Source: Kudoa neothunni
Lineage: Eukaryota > Animalia > Cnidaria
Assembly: GCA_964304625.1 (NCBI GenBank)
Contig: OZ199838.1
Location: 13,927,002-13,991,001 of the forward strand
DNA: 64,000 nt
Reading direction: 5' to 3'
Shown: positions 26,860 through 40,615 of the stretch, in pieces
How the letters are laid out: each line of letters opens with the position of its first letter
How positions within the stretch are numbered: position 1 is the first letter of the stretch
The notes under the pieces: generated by a model
Told to the model about the DNA's origin: nothing
Seen by the model: the letters and a program-made list of their open reading frames with translations, nothing else
The model's database searches: none
Made by a program: the position numbers and the translations under genes

Positions 26860-28838
26860 AAGCACGTCCAATTTCTATCATAATCCTCCAGTTATGAACG
26901 ATTTTTCGAACAGTCCTCATAAAATATCAACTATCGGCTCCTATAGTAAAAGCAATTACTCCTTGGTGACACCAATCACAAACACAAATATTTCCAATAC
27001 TTCTGGTGGCGTTAATAATTCTGTTTTGGGAGTAGCTACTACCTCAGGTCCATCTGCTTCAACTACTACTAACACGGCTGCTACTATTGCTAATAGTAAC
27101 GGATCAATTGTGAACACGTCTACAATGACCAATTCATCGGGTGCCACATCAAGAAGTGTTAACAATAGTAGTGGTGGAGGTGGTAATAGCGGCGGCGGCG
27201 GTCATTTGCCCACCACACCATATCCCAATCAACCACCTACTACCACCCCCAACCAATATGTAGGTGCCCAACGTAAATTAAAGTATAACATCCCTGGAGG
27301 TGTTACACCCATTTCCACACCACATCAACATTCACCAATGATGACATCAACACAAATGATTCACATGCAACCACCTCAGCAATCGAATTCTAATGTTAAT
27401 TGTGGAGTTGTCGGGGTAAATAGTGGTTTGAGTGCTTCTAGTGGTGTTTTGGCGATGAATCAACAGCAGCAACAACAACAACAGCAATCGTCGCCACAAC
27501 AACCGCCACCTAATGCGGCGTACCTACCCCCACCTGGTGGACTTATTAACCCTATAAATCCCAATAATTGTTATGTCGTTGGAAACAGCATGGTTAGTGG
27601 GGGAGGAGGTGTTGCCGACCTCAAACACAACCATAACCTACCACCACAAATCCTGGAAAAGGTAGTGGTGAATAAGTTGGAAGCGTTCCGCAATAATATC
27701 ACCTCTTTCTCAAATATGACACTGAAGGATATACAAGGCTGGATCGTGGACTTCTCTAGAGATCAACATGGTAGCAGATTTATCCAACAAAAAATGGAAA
27801 AATCTGTCAATGGTGTGGATAGGGATATTGTTTTCAAGGAGATTGTTTCGAGTGATACCATACTTTACACATTGATGACGGATGTGTTTGGCAATTATGT
27901 GGTTCAAAAAATGCTCGAATACGGCAATGATCAACAGAAACGAGTGATCTCGAGCCATTTGAAAGGTCGAGTTCTGGGACTCACCACCCAAATGTACGGA
28001 TGCAGAGTGATACAAAAAGCCATCGAATGTATACCCAAAGACATTCAAACCGATCTCATACATGAACTCGATGGACATGTGCTGGAATGCGTGAAAGACC
28101 AAAACGGCAACCATGTCATTCAAAAATGCATCGAACATGTTCCCGCCAACAATCTTGATTTTATAATCAACGAATTCAATGGGCGGGTTTACGAATTGTC
28201 ATCACATCCGTACGGTTGTCGAGTTATTCAACGCCTGATGGAACACTGTGCTGCCAATCAAACCCAAAGTCTAATGCTGGAAATTTTTGAAAATCTACCC
28301 TCACTCGTAAAAGATCAATACGGAAACTATGTCATTCAACACATACTCGACCACAAAAAACACTTTGACTTTCCTTCTCGTATTGTACATTATGTGTTTG
28401 ATAATATCTTCACGCTGAGCGCCCACAAGTTTGCCAGCAATGTGGTGGAAAAATGCGTCCAATTTTCCACTATGGCTCAAAAAGAAGAACTTATCAAATT
28501 CATATTGCGCAATAGTGATGGTGGTTGTAATGACAATCTCTATATGATGATGAAAGACCCGTTCGCAAACTATGTTGTACAGAAAATTGTTGATAGTGTT
28601 AGTGGTGATATCCGGAAACAATTGCTACTAAAAATGAAACCCTATTTTATCAACCTCAAAAAGCTCACCTACGGTAAACACATGATCAACAAAGTGGACA
28701 GATGGCTCAAGGAAACAGAAACAATGTATTTGATTGATCAACTAATAATAATAATATTTTTTACATTGTAGGACATCATTTATTAAATGTGAAGAAGAAT
28801 TCCCTTCGCTTAATAGCAGCACCCGGCCTTCTGGGTAG
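24676..28838 (+). CDS. pum: Pumilio (PUF-family RNA-binding translational repressor), 5 coding exons
   Basis: Eight PUF repeats with canonical recognition residues SRFIQ, NYVVQ, CRVIQ, NHVIQ, CRVIQ, NYVIQ, SNVVE, NYVVQ, after a long S/N/Q-rich N-terminus. Exons about 24676-25356, 25516-25693, 25768-25952, 26006-28725 and 28772-28838 splice in frame. The start codon is less certain. Confidence 0.93.
26811..26860 (+). repeat. CAA/CAG trinucleotide tract encoding poly-Gln in Pumilio
   Basis: caacaacagcagcaacagcaacagcagcag... A second, shorter poly-Q tract lies near 27461-27487. Confidence 0.85.
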
Positions 28839-29056
28839 CTATGCTGTATACAATTTCCTCTACTATATAGTTGTAGCTTACGATTTTTGTAGTTCTTTCG
28901 TAGCTGCTCTACGAGTTGTATACTCTTACACAAATATTTCTAATGTATTGTTATGTAGTTATTTCTATTGCTTATTGATATTATTATATTTTTTGCATTA
29001 GTCGTATGAAGCTGGCCATTCCTCTTTCTTTATAAGGTGCTGCTTCTGCAGTTTCT

Positions 29057-29080
29057 CTCTATCTATCTATCTATCTCTAT
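29057..29080 (+). repeat. (CTAT)n microsatellite in the Pumilio 3' UTR; AATAAA follows at about 29166
   Basis: ctctatctatctatctatctctat is seen directly. Confidence 0.7.
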
Positions 29081-29466
29081 TGCTCAGCCAATCTTATTCG
29101 CACATATAACATTCATAACAATTCATATGGTTTTCTTATTCTTTTCGAATTTTGCTCTATGAATTAATAAATGTATTATCTTGTCAATACGTGTATTATC
29201 TCGTGATGATCTTTCAAATCTAGCGCATTACAATTGTGTTGTTGTGTTAACAAGGTGAAATGAGCCTCAATAACATATTTTTAAAATTTCTTAAGTTGCT
29301 GGATGATTCGTAACCTCATACTTTAATAATAAACTATTTATATGATTTAATAATTCTAATTTTATTTTTTTGTATGGGGTGATTTTTAATTTGATTTTTA
29401 TTTTATGAAAATTAAATTTTCAACGACAAAATTATTATTAATACCAATAATGGTGAAGTATAAATT

Positions 29467-29706
29467 GGAAGTGACTATTGGCTCGATAAATAATATTCGT
29501 GCGTCATTATAGTTAAGACTAATTGTAATTATTTCTGTTCTATCGCTTCGCTTTTAGGAAATAGGAATAATTAAATATAGCAGATTCTAACAAATAAAAA
29601 CTGTTTATAGCTTGTAGGCAAAAATTACTGGGATTAACAATTTAATTGCGCGTGCGTGAGTGAGTGTATATTCAGATTAAAATTCCCCGTGCCAATCGCC
29701 TCTGTC
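29467..29706. mobile_element. MITE of the same family as 15579-15821
   Basis: ggaagtgactattggc ... gtgccaatcgcctctg, colinear with the 15.6-kb copy. Confidence 0.65.
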
Positions 29707-32105
29707 AATCAATATGTTGTTTTGTCAACTGACTTAGGATTACAAGAAAAAGCAATTACTCGTGTTGATCTCGCGATTCAATCCCAAACTATGAATCATT
29801 ATGGTTAGTAATGATTCTACGAAAGTAAGTCGACATAATTAGGTCTTGCAATTATCGACTTTTATATTTGTTAAAATCGACGAATATTTATGAGGGTCGA
29901 ATTGTCGAAGATTTTCCATAAAAACGGAATTAGGTACAAGATTTTTCGAGACATACTTGCGCGCTCATTAATGATTATTTAGGCTTGTTTGACTCATTAT
30001 TTTAGCATTTTTTCATATAACCAACATTTGTATAGTATTAATTAAAAAATTTATTCGATTCTCAACGCTTGCTTAAACTTACACATTATAAATTATTCGG
30101 TCAATATTTATCTTAACTTTGTATTGAAACAAATTTACGCTAGCACAAAAACACAATTTTAAAGCCCGGCCAATACATAACGAATATTTTCGTTTTAATC
30201 TTGTTGACTAACAGTCAACAACAATAAATATCTCAAAATAAAATTTTTCCCATTTGAAGTAGAATTCATGCCCATTCAAAAGTATTGTTTATATTACCTT
30301 ATTGAATTTAAATTTCGCTTACTTTATAAGTAAAGCCAATACAGTAGTGGACCGGTATTATGTGCATTAGTTATTTTACATATGAAAAGTTTCACCCATA
30401 TTTAAAGTGATGTTAAAAATTATATAATCTTAAAATTACTCGATTAAATAATTTATAAGCATAATTACTATGAAAAATAAAAAGTCACGTGAGGAACGGT
30501 CGTACGTACCCTTTTGCTTGGACCGTGTGATTAAATTTAGCTTTTTCTTTCTTTTTTCTATCACAGTTAAATAATTAATAAGTTTTTATAGTTACATCAA
30601 TGTGGTGGCTGGTTGCAAAATTAAGGATAAACGTAGAAACATGTTGTAGATATATAGTAGTGTGGTTTATAGTTACCTCCTCCCAAATTCATAGTAATAA
30701 TGATGGTGTAATGACGATCCCTCCCTAATAATTCAGAAACGAAAGATATCCTTATTTTATTTAGAAGAGCTTAGCAACTATTTTAAACATCATGGCTCAA
30801 AGAAGTGAGAGTGAATATCTGATTTTATTTTGGATGTTTATTCATTTTTAAAGCATATCTTTATTTGAAAAACAGTCAAACACGAACGAGGAGGTTTCGC
30901 TGGAATTCAGCTAATACGCTCTTCATTTAATAAAATACATCAAAAAGACATACAACGTTTAATAAAATTCAAAATAGGTTTACATTTATCATATAGAGTA
31001 AAAATCACATGTTCTCATTTCAAAATAAATTACTGTTCAGATATTTTATTATATTTCTATTTCAGTTTATTATCATTTTTTTAGTTGCTTACAAAATATA
31101 TGATAAATATGAGGGAGCAATATTATGTAACAAATGATTGTTTTTAATAAGTCTTTCGATTTACATAATAAACCTAATAAAAAACGCCCACTCAGATTGA
31201 TATTCTCTATGTCAGTGGTGGGCACAACTTATAGGGATGCGGGCCGCATTGTTGATTAAGCGTTTTTTTGATAATTTAACTACCTGTTGGTGGCTTTTTT
31301 TAATATTTTTGACACAATAAAAATAGTAAATATATAGATTAAGTTGAAAATGCTTCCAATTAGTGTAACTTAATAAGGAATTAAATAGATTTTTTAAATA
31401 TAGAAATTTTGTGATAGGCATACTATTGTATGCTACGATTGAAATGATAGGCTCTATATTTAATAAACTTTAATTTTATCTGAAGTTATGAAAATTTAAT
31501 AATATTCATTAAGTAAACATGAAATATATAAACAATGACTCCGATAGAATTATTTCATAGTCATTTTAAGCATGATATTCAATATATCATATCATACTCT
31601 AAAAGAGGCACAAGTTATAAATATGAGTAAAATAAAGTTAACCAAAAAAATTACATTTATTATATTTCATATTACACAAAATTTGTTGTGACCTAAATAT
31701 CACGATCGCATTGAAGTAATTTTCTTAAAATTTATTACGAAATATTTTAATTCCAAAGTATAATATAAATAACTTTAAATTACAAAAATCGTAATATTTG
31801 GTTATTATCATAAATTATTATTTTTTACCCTTAATTATTTCTTTCAATTTCATTTATTTATATCAATAAATAAAAGAAATTTTTATCATTAGGTTTTAAG
31901 TTTGAATTGATTGGTGTTGCTTTTTATAACCTTCAAAGAATATTTTCTCTTGATTATTATATCCAACGGTGGTATTTCGTGCCGCTAGACTCTAGCGGCT
32001 AGAGGAATGCATTGTGAACATCAAAAAATTACTACAACTGCACGTGTTTGAATTCACAGTATAGCGTTTCATCTACACACTCGACAGGATAACGCAGAGT
32101 ACTGC

Positions 32106-35100
32106 ATGGAAGAGGAATTTCGACAATATCCCAAATATTTTTTGAAATTTGGATGTACTCCTGACCAAAACGGTGAAACAAGGCCTTTCCGTCTATTATG
32201 CGATCGGTTATTAAGTGATGAGTTAATGAAGGCAAGTAGACTGTAATCGTACACAAAAGTGAGACACTCCAGAATAGATGAAATGGAAAGAGATGTGGAG
32301 ATTCAACTAAATGAATAACTGAATAACTGAGGGGTTAAAATCTCGAAAATTTTGGCTACAGTTGGATGAATCGACAGTTTGAGATAACGAAGTTTTGTCA
32401 TTGGCTTTTGTACGATACACTAAGATGAAGTTTTTTTATGAGAAACAACAATTGAAAGAGATATTCACGCCTAAGTTAAAAATTATTTAGATTCAAATGA
32501 AACTAGTTTCAAATTTATTATCCTACGTAGCTGGCGGTGCTGCAGTTATGATAGGCGCGAAAAATAAATGTCTGAAATTGTTGAAAGATGAGAATCCAAA
32601 TATGCTAATAATTCATTGTGTGATTCACCGAGAGCATTCAGTTGCGAAGAATTTGTCTTCCGTTCTTAACCCATTCCGGGTTTTCGTTCCCTTTTCGGCC
32701 CCCATAGTCGCCTCTCTAGGAATGTTAATAATTCGTCAATGAGTATTACATCATAATATATCATGTATTAATTCATTTTAAATTTAATTAAAAGTTAAAT
32801 TTCAAATATGAATTCACATCTTTTGAGGTTACGTACTATATAGTAATTATGTTATACCGAGGTAGTAATTGAACAGCAATTTCGTAGAAATAATAAATTT
32901 AAAATTCTCACGCTAAATTATAATTTTAGAAGCTTAGTTAAATAATATTTTTTCAAAATAGGTCAAACCGTTACAGGGTTCAAAAAATATAAGCAGTATA
33001 GTACAGTGCCGAAAAGGGAATGAAAACCCACTGACGTGCTACGTTCCAATTAATCGGTTACTTGACCTGGGTGCTTACACCTTCACAACGGCATACGAAA
33101 ACATAATTGACACTGGTGGTGATGGTGAAAAAAATGTTGGTATTTTGACTGATGAAGAAGACCCCTTTCTTTCATGAGATTATGACAACACTGGCATCAG
33201 AACCATCCAGAAACATGCGGTGAAGTAGAAACTTTGTCATATATTAAAAATGAACCATTAATATTAGTTATCGTGCCACGTAATGTAAAATATCCCAATC
33301 TAAAAGTTCATTTGTAATTACCGTACAGTTAGTCAAAATAAATGTGGCATTATATATGAGGTTCAACAAGTAGGTATGAATGTTATGAAGTATTGTAAAA
33401 AAATCTATGAACTATAAAATATTCTAATTGACAAAAGGGTAAATTCACGTTAATAATAATTTTGAGCTTGATAAAGATGATAAGCTGTTCAAGGCGAGAT
33501 CAATCAATAGAAGATTGACTAAAATTTAGATATTTTCACAACATCTTATCCGTTGATGAACAGGTGTCCCCGTATATTGGTCATCATCCGTGAAAATTGT
33601 ATATGAATAGAAAGCCCGATCGTTTCGGTTTAAACATTGAGATTTAGCTTCTTCTGATGAGAGTATTTATATTTTCAATGTATATACAGAAAAGGCAGAA
33701 ATATACACCAAGAATTTTGTCAAGCTATCCAACGACAATTCCAAAATTAATGAGGAAAAACCACCAAGGCTACTATGAATACTACAAATATTTTTTAGGT
33801 CGCACAATTGTTGTTAATTGTGTTTAACGGAATAGTACAGGTCCTGTCACTTTTCTTAGCACTTCACTTATTGTTGAACCAATTCTACATGTAACACGTT
33901 ACAGTAGGGCAAAAAGCGCAATGTGTCGGTCGAACATCCCCAAATTTCATACGTGCGACATGGATATGGGCAGTGTTGAGAACTGATAACGTAGAGAATT
34001 TTGTCTCTTGTTATAGAATAAGAAATCGCTCTAAAAATAGTAGTGACCTCATTTCACCGGCATGATATTGCTGGCAGAAGTTAACTCTTGCGAAATGCGT
34101 ATTTTTCAAAAGAAAAACTATCTACTAAATCATATTGGATAAATTGTAGCCAATTTGATGGTGCAAATTATTTTTAAATAAATTCGACGACTATCCATCA
34201 TCCACCACAAATATTCATGTTGTGTCATTATATAGTATTATGTAGTCGACCTGTGATGAGTACTAATGCCGAGAAGAGGAAACGAAGATGAGTTGTACGC
34301 CAAAAGAAGACTATCTATTTTTGTCAAAGTTTCCCAAATTATATTCAAGTTTAAAGTTGGAGAGATTTTCATAATCAACAATAGTTTTTACTCTAATTGA
34401 TATAAAACCACTTATTTTTCACACATACTCTGACACAACGTTTAATTAAAAAGTCGCACGTCGGTGGGTTTTCATTCCCTTTCGGCCCTTTGATAATTAT
34501 TACATTTTCCTATGAAAATGTAATTTTTAATCAATAATAATTTGGATAAGTTATAAAAATATAGTTTCCAACTTATATTTTAAATTTTTGAAAAATTTGA
34601 ACATTGGACCCGGAATGGGTTAATGAAAGTTTAAAAAACGTAGTCGGATGTGTTCATCATATCAAGACGGAACGAATATTCGAACTATTTTGTAAGAAAA
34701 AAACGTCTGATTTTATTCGTTTATCACTTTATATGGAAATGAGGTATCTATCAAGCAGAACTTGTTTGCAGAGATTCATAAAACTATTTGATCTTTTTGT
34801 TGAATTTCTCAAAAATAAACTTGAAATGAGATTTTTGGAATCATCATTACTTTTTAGTCGTATCAAAAAATGTTATTCAATGTAACTTTGGTCATTTATA
34901 TTGATTAAGTAAATGCGAGGTATCTCATCATGCATTGACCGTAATTATTGACCATGTGAATACCCTGATTACGGAATTCACTGAAAATTTTGGGGACTTG
35001 AAAAATTTGACCTTGCCAAATTAATGATGGTTAACCCAACCGTTATTAGTTGACCTTTCCGAAGCGGTGTTGAAGTAAAAGCAGGGATTATTAGAAATAA

Positions 35101-35390
35101 AAAATGATGAATGCATCAAGTGATATTCAAGCTAAGAGAATGTATACGTGGCTATCAGAGAATGCTGGAAAGAAATATCCAAGGATTTCTATGTCAGTAA
35201 AAAGCGTTACGGTTTCCTTCACTCATCATTTTTTGTGGAATGCAGACTGAATGCCGTTGGAGTATTTTTAGACATTAAAGCAAATCCTCTTGATTTAACA
35301 AAGCGAGGAGACCTGTGGCTTAAACTATCAAAAATTCGCCTCGAATTATGGAATTGCGCCAATTACATCAAGGCCAGGATTCTCACTGCA
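32106..35390 (+). pseudogene. Buster/SCAND3-ZBED8-type hAT transposase pseudogene split by a piggyBac insertion
   Basis: MEEEFRQYPKYFLKFG, CLLCDRLLSDELMKASRL, LQLDEST, HCVIHREH...NLSSVLN|ESLKNVV (contiguous once the piggyBac is removed), then SSFFVEC...LDLTKRGDL.LKLS. Candidate hAT termini at 31213 (cagtggtgggcacaac) and about 35853 do not pair convincingly. Confidence 0.82.
32670..34619 (+). mobile_element. piggyBac (PGBD2/3-like) element with decayed transposase
   Basis: TTAA|cccattccgggt ... acccggaatggg|TTAA. Internal fragments SVDEQ and KP.RFG. Same family as the element starting at 48907. Confidence 0.9.
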
Positions 35391-36393
35391 CGATTCGAGG
35401 TAATATAATTATTCTATTTAAATAATTTATAAAAATCTAGGGTTATTGATATGAACCTAATTATATATTTCCTTGACTTGTTTTTTTATAATGATACATG
35501 ATATTTTTTTTACGCACTTGACAATTTAAATATAAAATATTGATAAAAGATTCCAATATAAAACACAGCAATTATTCGTAACAGCACGAATTAGTTTTAA
35601 TTATTTAGAGATGATAAAATAACAAAAAGTTTTTTTATCAAATGTATGATCTTGTGTAATTAATACTTGTCAGTAAACTTTAATACTTTAGAGTTTTCTA
35701 TTAACATCATTCAAATGTTATTGTGATAGGAAACTTGATTCAAAGTTGTAATAAATTTTGGTTAGAAAATCAATACTTTTGACAAAAGTGGGGAACAGAA
35801 CTTTTTTTAAAAAATAATGGGACGTGATAGAAAAAAAAGTTGGGGATACCATTATAAAGCATAATTGGTTAAATATAACGTGAAAAGTTGCAACGGATCA
35901 ATTTAACAGTGGATGCTTCATTTAAAATGTGTAGAGGAAAAAAGTTTATGAATAAATATAAAATTACTAAAGAGAGAAACCAATGAACAACACATGATCT
36001 TTAATAATTATTATAATAAAGATCATTCCAAATATTACACATAGCTAAAGCCTTCTCCATTAACTGTTTAAAGAGAATCATTAAAAGTTAATGATTAAAG
36101 GTAGGTCATAAAAAATAATTTATTTTAAAATTAAGAATTAAAAAGTGATTCAGTTTAATCAAAAATAATTTAAGAAACAAAATTATGTTAAGCCTAAAAC
36201 TGGTGTTTCATTATATTTTTCGCGCTTATCTCAACCCCAGTTAGCACAGAACAGTTTCAAAGACATCTGTAGTACAGTTCATAACAAACCAAACAAGAAA
36301 ACATATTTTTTAAGTAGACTAGCGGTTCGTGTGATATTGAAATAAAATAATTAAATTATAGGTTTTTTTGTTTGCGAGAGACCGGTTCAAGTT

Positions 36394-37567
36394 TCACACA
36401 TTTGGATAAATTGGGGAAAGGGTGAGACCACAATTATTTGTAGCTGAAATTCGGACAAACCCATTTTCTCCCCACTCTGGCCCCCAACTAATTTTAATTC
36501 AATGTTAAATAAAAGTATCAATAAAAGTCTGAATTATTAAATACCTATTTTGGAGAATAAAATATTCTTCTTGGGTTTCGTCGTTACTTCCATATCCCAC
36601 CAGTGTCATATAATGGGAAACCTCAACGAAATCTTCTTCACACGTGTAATCGTTGTATATGCCATTCTTATAATAGAGAAAACTCTTAAGATTAATGGTA
36701 GTTCCGACAATGATTGGCCCATGTGTGTCAAGAAAGTTTTTTATTGTCGTTATGTCATTTTTCAAGAAATCATATCCTTGGATTTTGTATACAGCATCGT
36801 ATTCAACGCTCATTTTGTATTGATCTCCATCACAATCTTGAACCTGTAGTTACAATATGAGCTTATAAAGAGGAATATACCAATTACTTTAGCCTTATAC
36901 GGCTTATATAGTTTCTCTTCCAACAGACCTAGATGTGTAGCGAACATTAAGACAATTTCAGGGAATCCACCCTTGCATCCATGAGTTATGTATCCACAAT
37001 CAAGAATAAACTGCGGGCTGAGCGATACATTGATATTTTTCTTCAAATAAAACTGGTATTCCATTGTTGTCATCTAAGGGTCAATTAGAAAATTTCTGTA
37101 ATCGATTTATACAGCTGCCATAAACCAGCCACCATTGCAAAATCCTTCATCCCTCATGACAAATGGAACATGCTGCGAATAGTCAATGTGGTTAGCAAGT
37201 TTTTCAATCTTATAACTGTTGACGTGCTGAGGGTTTGTGAAATTTTTAATGCGATTTTTGTAGCTAACTTTCTCTCTCAATAAAGTCTCTTCGTCGTTCT
37301 AATAAAGAAGTAAAAAAACCTCGCTTAAATTGGTGTATTCACCAAATGGGCAAATTTGTTTAGTTTTAGCTTTAGTTTATCGTTTTTTTTGTTGAAACTA
37401 GTAATGTAATTTAAATTGTTCACAAATGTGTTGTATCGACGTTGATCTTCCTCAGGATTAAACTTCAGAGAATATTGTTGCTTGTAACCTTCCCATAACA
37501 TATTATGAGGTCGACAGGCACTGTTATGAGCATTCAACCAAATAACAATTCCAGTCAGTACCAACAT
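36394..37567 (-). CDS. Cathepsin-L-like papain-family (C1A) protein, predicted catalytically inactive (Cys25>Gly, Gln19>Glu)
   Basis: Five exons (37567-37343, 37298-37113, 37073-36888, 36843-36545, 36487-36394) give an uninterrupted ORF. It has a signal-like N-terminus, an ERFNIN-type prodomain (EDQRRYNTFVNNLNYITSFN, LNKFAHL), active-site region RDEGFCNGGWFMAA, LSPQFILDC, GCKGG, SHYMTLVGYG and LQNSWGPEWGENG. Confidence 0.88.
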
Positions 37568-40500
37568 CAATTTTTAAAAATGATACGATTAAAATTTAAT
37601 AATATTAAACATAAATACACAATATCTGGTAGTTAATCCGTTATTAAAACTGATAATATTTTATATAGTAACTTACTAACACTATTGGTTAAAATGTAGA
37701 ATACTGGCCACATTTTCCGATTAAAGATAATAATTGGTTCGTAGATTAATCCTGAATTTTTGATGTTAACGTTATGCATTTGATACAATTTAACACCTAA
37801 TGCTTGCAGAAAATATGAATTTCTTATTCTTATTCTTATAGACATAGAATTAATAATAGACGATCGCTAGTGATGAAATATGACAATCAGTAAAAAATCA
37901 TAGTCATCACACTTAAATTTTAGGATAAATAAAGCATGCTTTACTCCATCGATTAAATGGTGTGGCCTGTGGAAATAACTACGAGGGGCTAGCAGTTATT
38001 TAAAGAGTATATTACAGCAACTATTATCGATAACAAATACTGTGCCGAAAATAACCTTCCGGTGGTGAAACGATGATAAATACAAAAAGTTAGAATAATC
38101 AACAGGTTCGATTTATATCGTGGTCGCTGATTTGGATTACGGCCATTATTCTACATCTTAACCTCAATATTTAATATAACGCTTCATTTTTGAAATTTCA
38201 CTTCTTTTAACAACTATATCAACGTAAATAATGTTCAGGTAAAACTGTCATAAAATACCTTAATCAATACGAACAAGCGCTGATTTTATTGCTAATATGC
38301 CATCCTATTCACTATCCGATACTTTAACGTACAAAAGAATCCAATATCAGCCTAAAATGTAAAAAATATGAAATAACTGCATAACATGTGCTGAGAGGTA
38401 CAAAATTTAAGCAGTAATAAAATGAAATATTGTTCTGATCCAACCTAATTTAATGATACAGTTTATATTTTTGACAAGCGTATAAAAAATCCACTACGTG
38501 ATTATAATCAATATTATTTATCATTAGGCGTATCTATTTATTTATATAATTAATACTGTTGGCATGGGTGTAGTTTAAAAGTTAGTCACGTTATTACGGT
38601 TCCTAATGTAGATGGAGAATACAGATAAACATCCATCTGATTTAAAAAATTTACTTTTTCTCATATCAGTGGGAGGTATTTGAAAGGCGCTGCCTATTGA
38701 CACGGATGTTTTTAATCAGAAATGGCAACAACGCTTGTGCACTGTCCATTTTTAATCCCAGTAACCTCTATTTATGGTCGATTTATAAAGTCCATCTTTT
38801 TGAATCTGCTGAATTTAATTATTTTTGGTCCATCGCTAACGCTCCTAGGGCTAAAAATAATGAAATAAAGTCAAAACTATACCTACTTGGATATTGTGAT
38901 CCCTATCAATAACCACTTCCTATTTGAATTTGGTAAAAATGGTTTTACGATTAGTCCCGACATTTATCAATTTATTTTATCACGCCAACATCCTTTTTCC
39001 TAATGTCATTAGGGAATAATTTGTGTTAATCCTAGCAAACAAATCAAAACAATTAATTTATAAAAAAATCTTGTTAAATTAGATTTTATGACTTTTTCCA
39101 TTGGAGATAAAAATTAATACAGATTGCTAATATAAAAAAATTGAACCAATAGAACATTTCATTCGCGACTAGAGAATCTAGTAACAGAATTTATATTGTA
39201 GCATTAAAATACCGAAAATAATTATATTAATGAAATAATAACAATATTATGTTCACATTGGATAGGCCAGGTAGAACGGAGAATCAATCTAAAGGTTGCG
39301 GAAAAGTGTATTTCGAACAATTTAAAAGTTTAAAAAAGTCATGGAAAAATAGTCGAGGCAAGGACAAGAAACCATATTTTATTCAATAAATGGGCCTAAA
39401 CCAATAAGCCTGAAGAAACGTTTTATATTTATTATACTGATCCAGTGCAAGAACATGAAAAATGGTACATTTTAATAAAAATTCTTAACTTAATTGATTA
39501 AATTATTTCTGAAACTAATTTTCAAAACTCAAAGTAATAAAATTCATCCCGTGGTAAAAATGGTGCTGAATGAGTTTCTGTGAAGCTATTACGAATTAAA
39601 AGCTGTGAGCGAAATACTATTCATCAATCAAAAGCTATATCGGCATATGCATCAAGCAGAACCATCCTCTTTAAGGAACAGTCATTAAATTTCTTTAGTA
39701 AAGTTAAGTTCGATCAAATAGGTGGCAATATGCAAATTGATCTTTAGGAACATTGAGACTAAACCCTTCATCCAGATAAATCAGACATCAAGTCCTTCTA
39801 GTTGCAATTTTTAACACTATAAATATATATTTTCTGTTTATTATTAAAAATGTTAGTATTGTTTTATTTAAATCTATTAGCCAATAAAAATTCAAAGAAA
39901 TATGCTGACTCAAAAATAATATGAAACTTACTTAAACAGAGAAACATAAAATGTCGTTTTTTGGTTTTAGTTTTAATTATTATTTTGTTTTTGAAAATAT
40001 CACAGATTACTTTATCGATAATAATTTAGACGAAACGAAAATTTTCTGTTAGGGACAGGGCGAATCGTCAAATTAATGCAATAATATCACAATAAAATTC
40101 AGTCTATTATGTTGATTTAATTTGTTTTTTTAAGAAAATTTGAATACAGTTTCCAGTTGCAACTAGGCTAAAGAAGTTTGCTGAAACTGTGAATTGAATT
40201 TCAAGTTGGAAGAATAAATTGTTATAACATTGAAACGGCGATGTACACAACTCTAGAAAAAACTAATAGAGAAAATCCGGCTTCCTAAAAACGTGATGTT
40301 TCTTATATTGCAATTTGACGTATAGAAATGATTAAGGGTGTGTTTAAATTAGTTATTGACATTGTTACTCCCACCTATCGAAGTACAAAGTATAATTTGA
40401 ATATTTCGAACGATATTTAGATTTAATCTCAAAAAATATTATATGTTGAAGCAGTAATTGTTAAAAACATATATTACTAGAATTTAGCTGTTACATTAGA

Positions 40501-40615
40501 CTACAAGAAAAAAGGACCAGTCGACGCAAAAAATCCCAATCTAAAGTTTGATGAAAATCGTAATAATGTAATTCCATAATTTTTAGTTTAAAAGATGATT
40601 AGATACAATATTTAA

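Noticed and set aside
26642-28621. Minus-strand ORFs including a poly-Leu 'membrane' peptide
   Set aside because: They are antisense shadows of Pumilio; the poly-Leu is the complement of the CAG/CAA tract.
31981-31999. Perfect GC hairpin gccgctaga-c-tctagcggc
   Set aside because: It lies in the 5' non-coding region of a hAT element. There is no matching Helitron 5' end and no terminator context in a eukaryote.
38650-39800. Coding-like decayed sequence between the cathepsin genes
   Set aside because: No recognisable motif, termini or spliceable frame; probably old TE debris.
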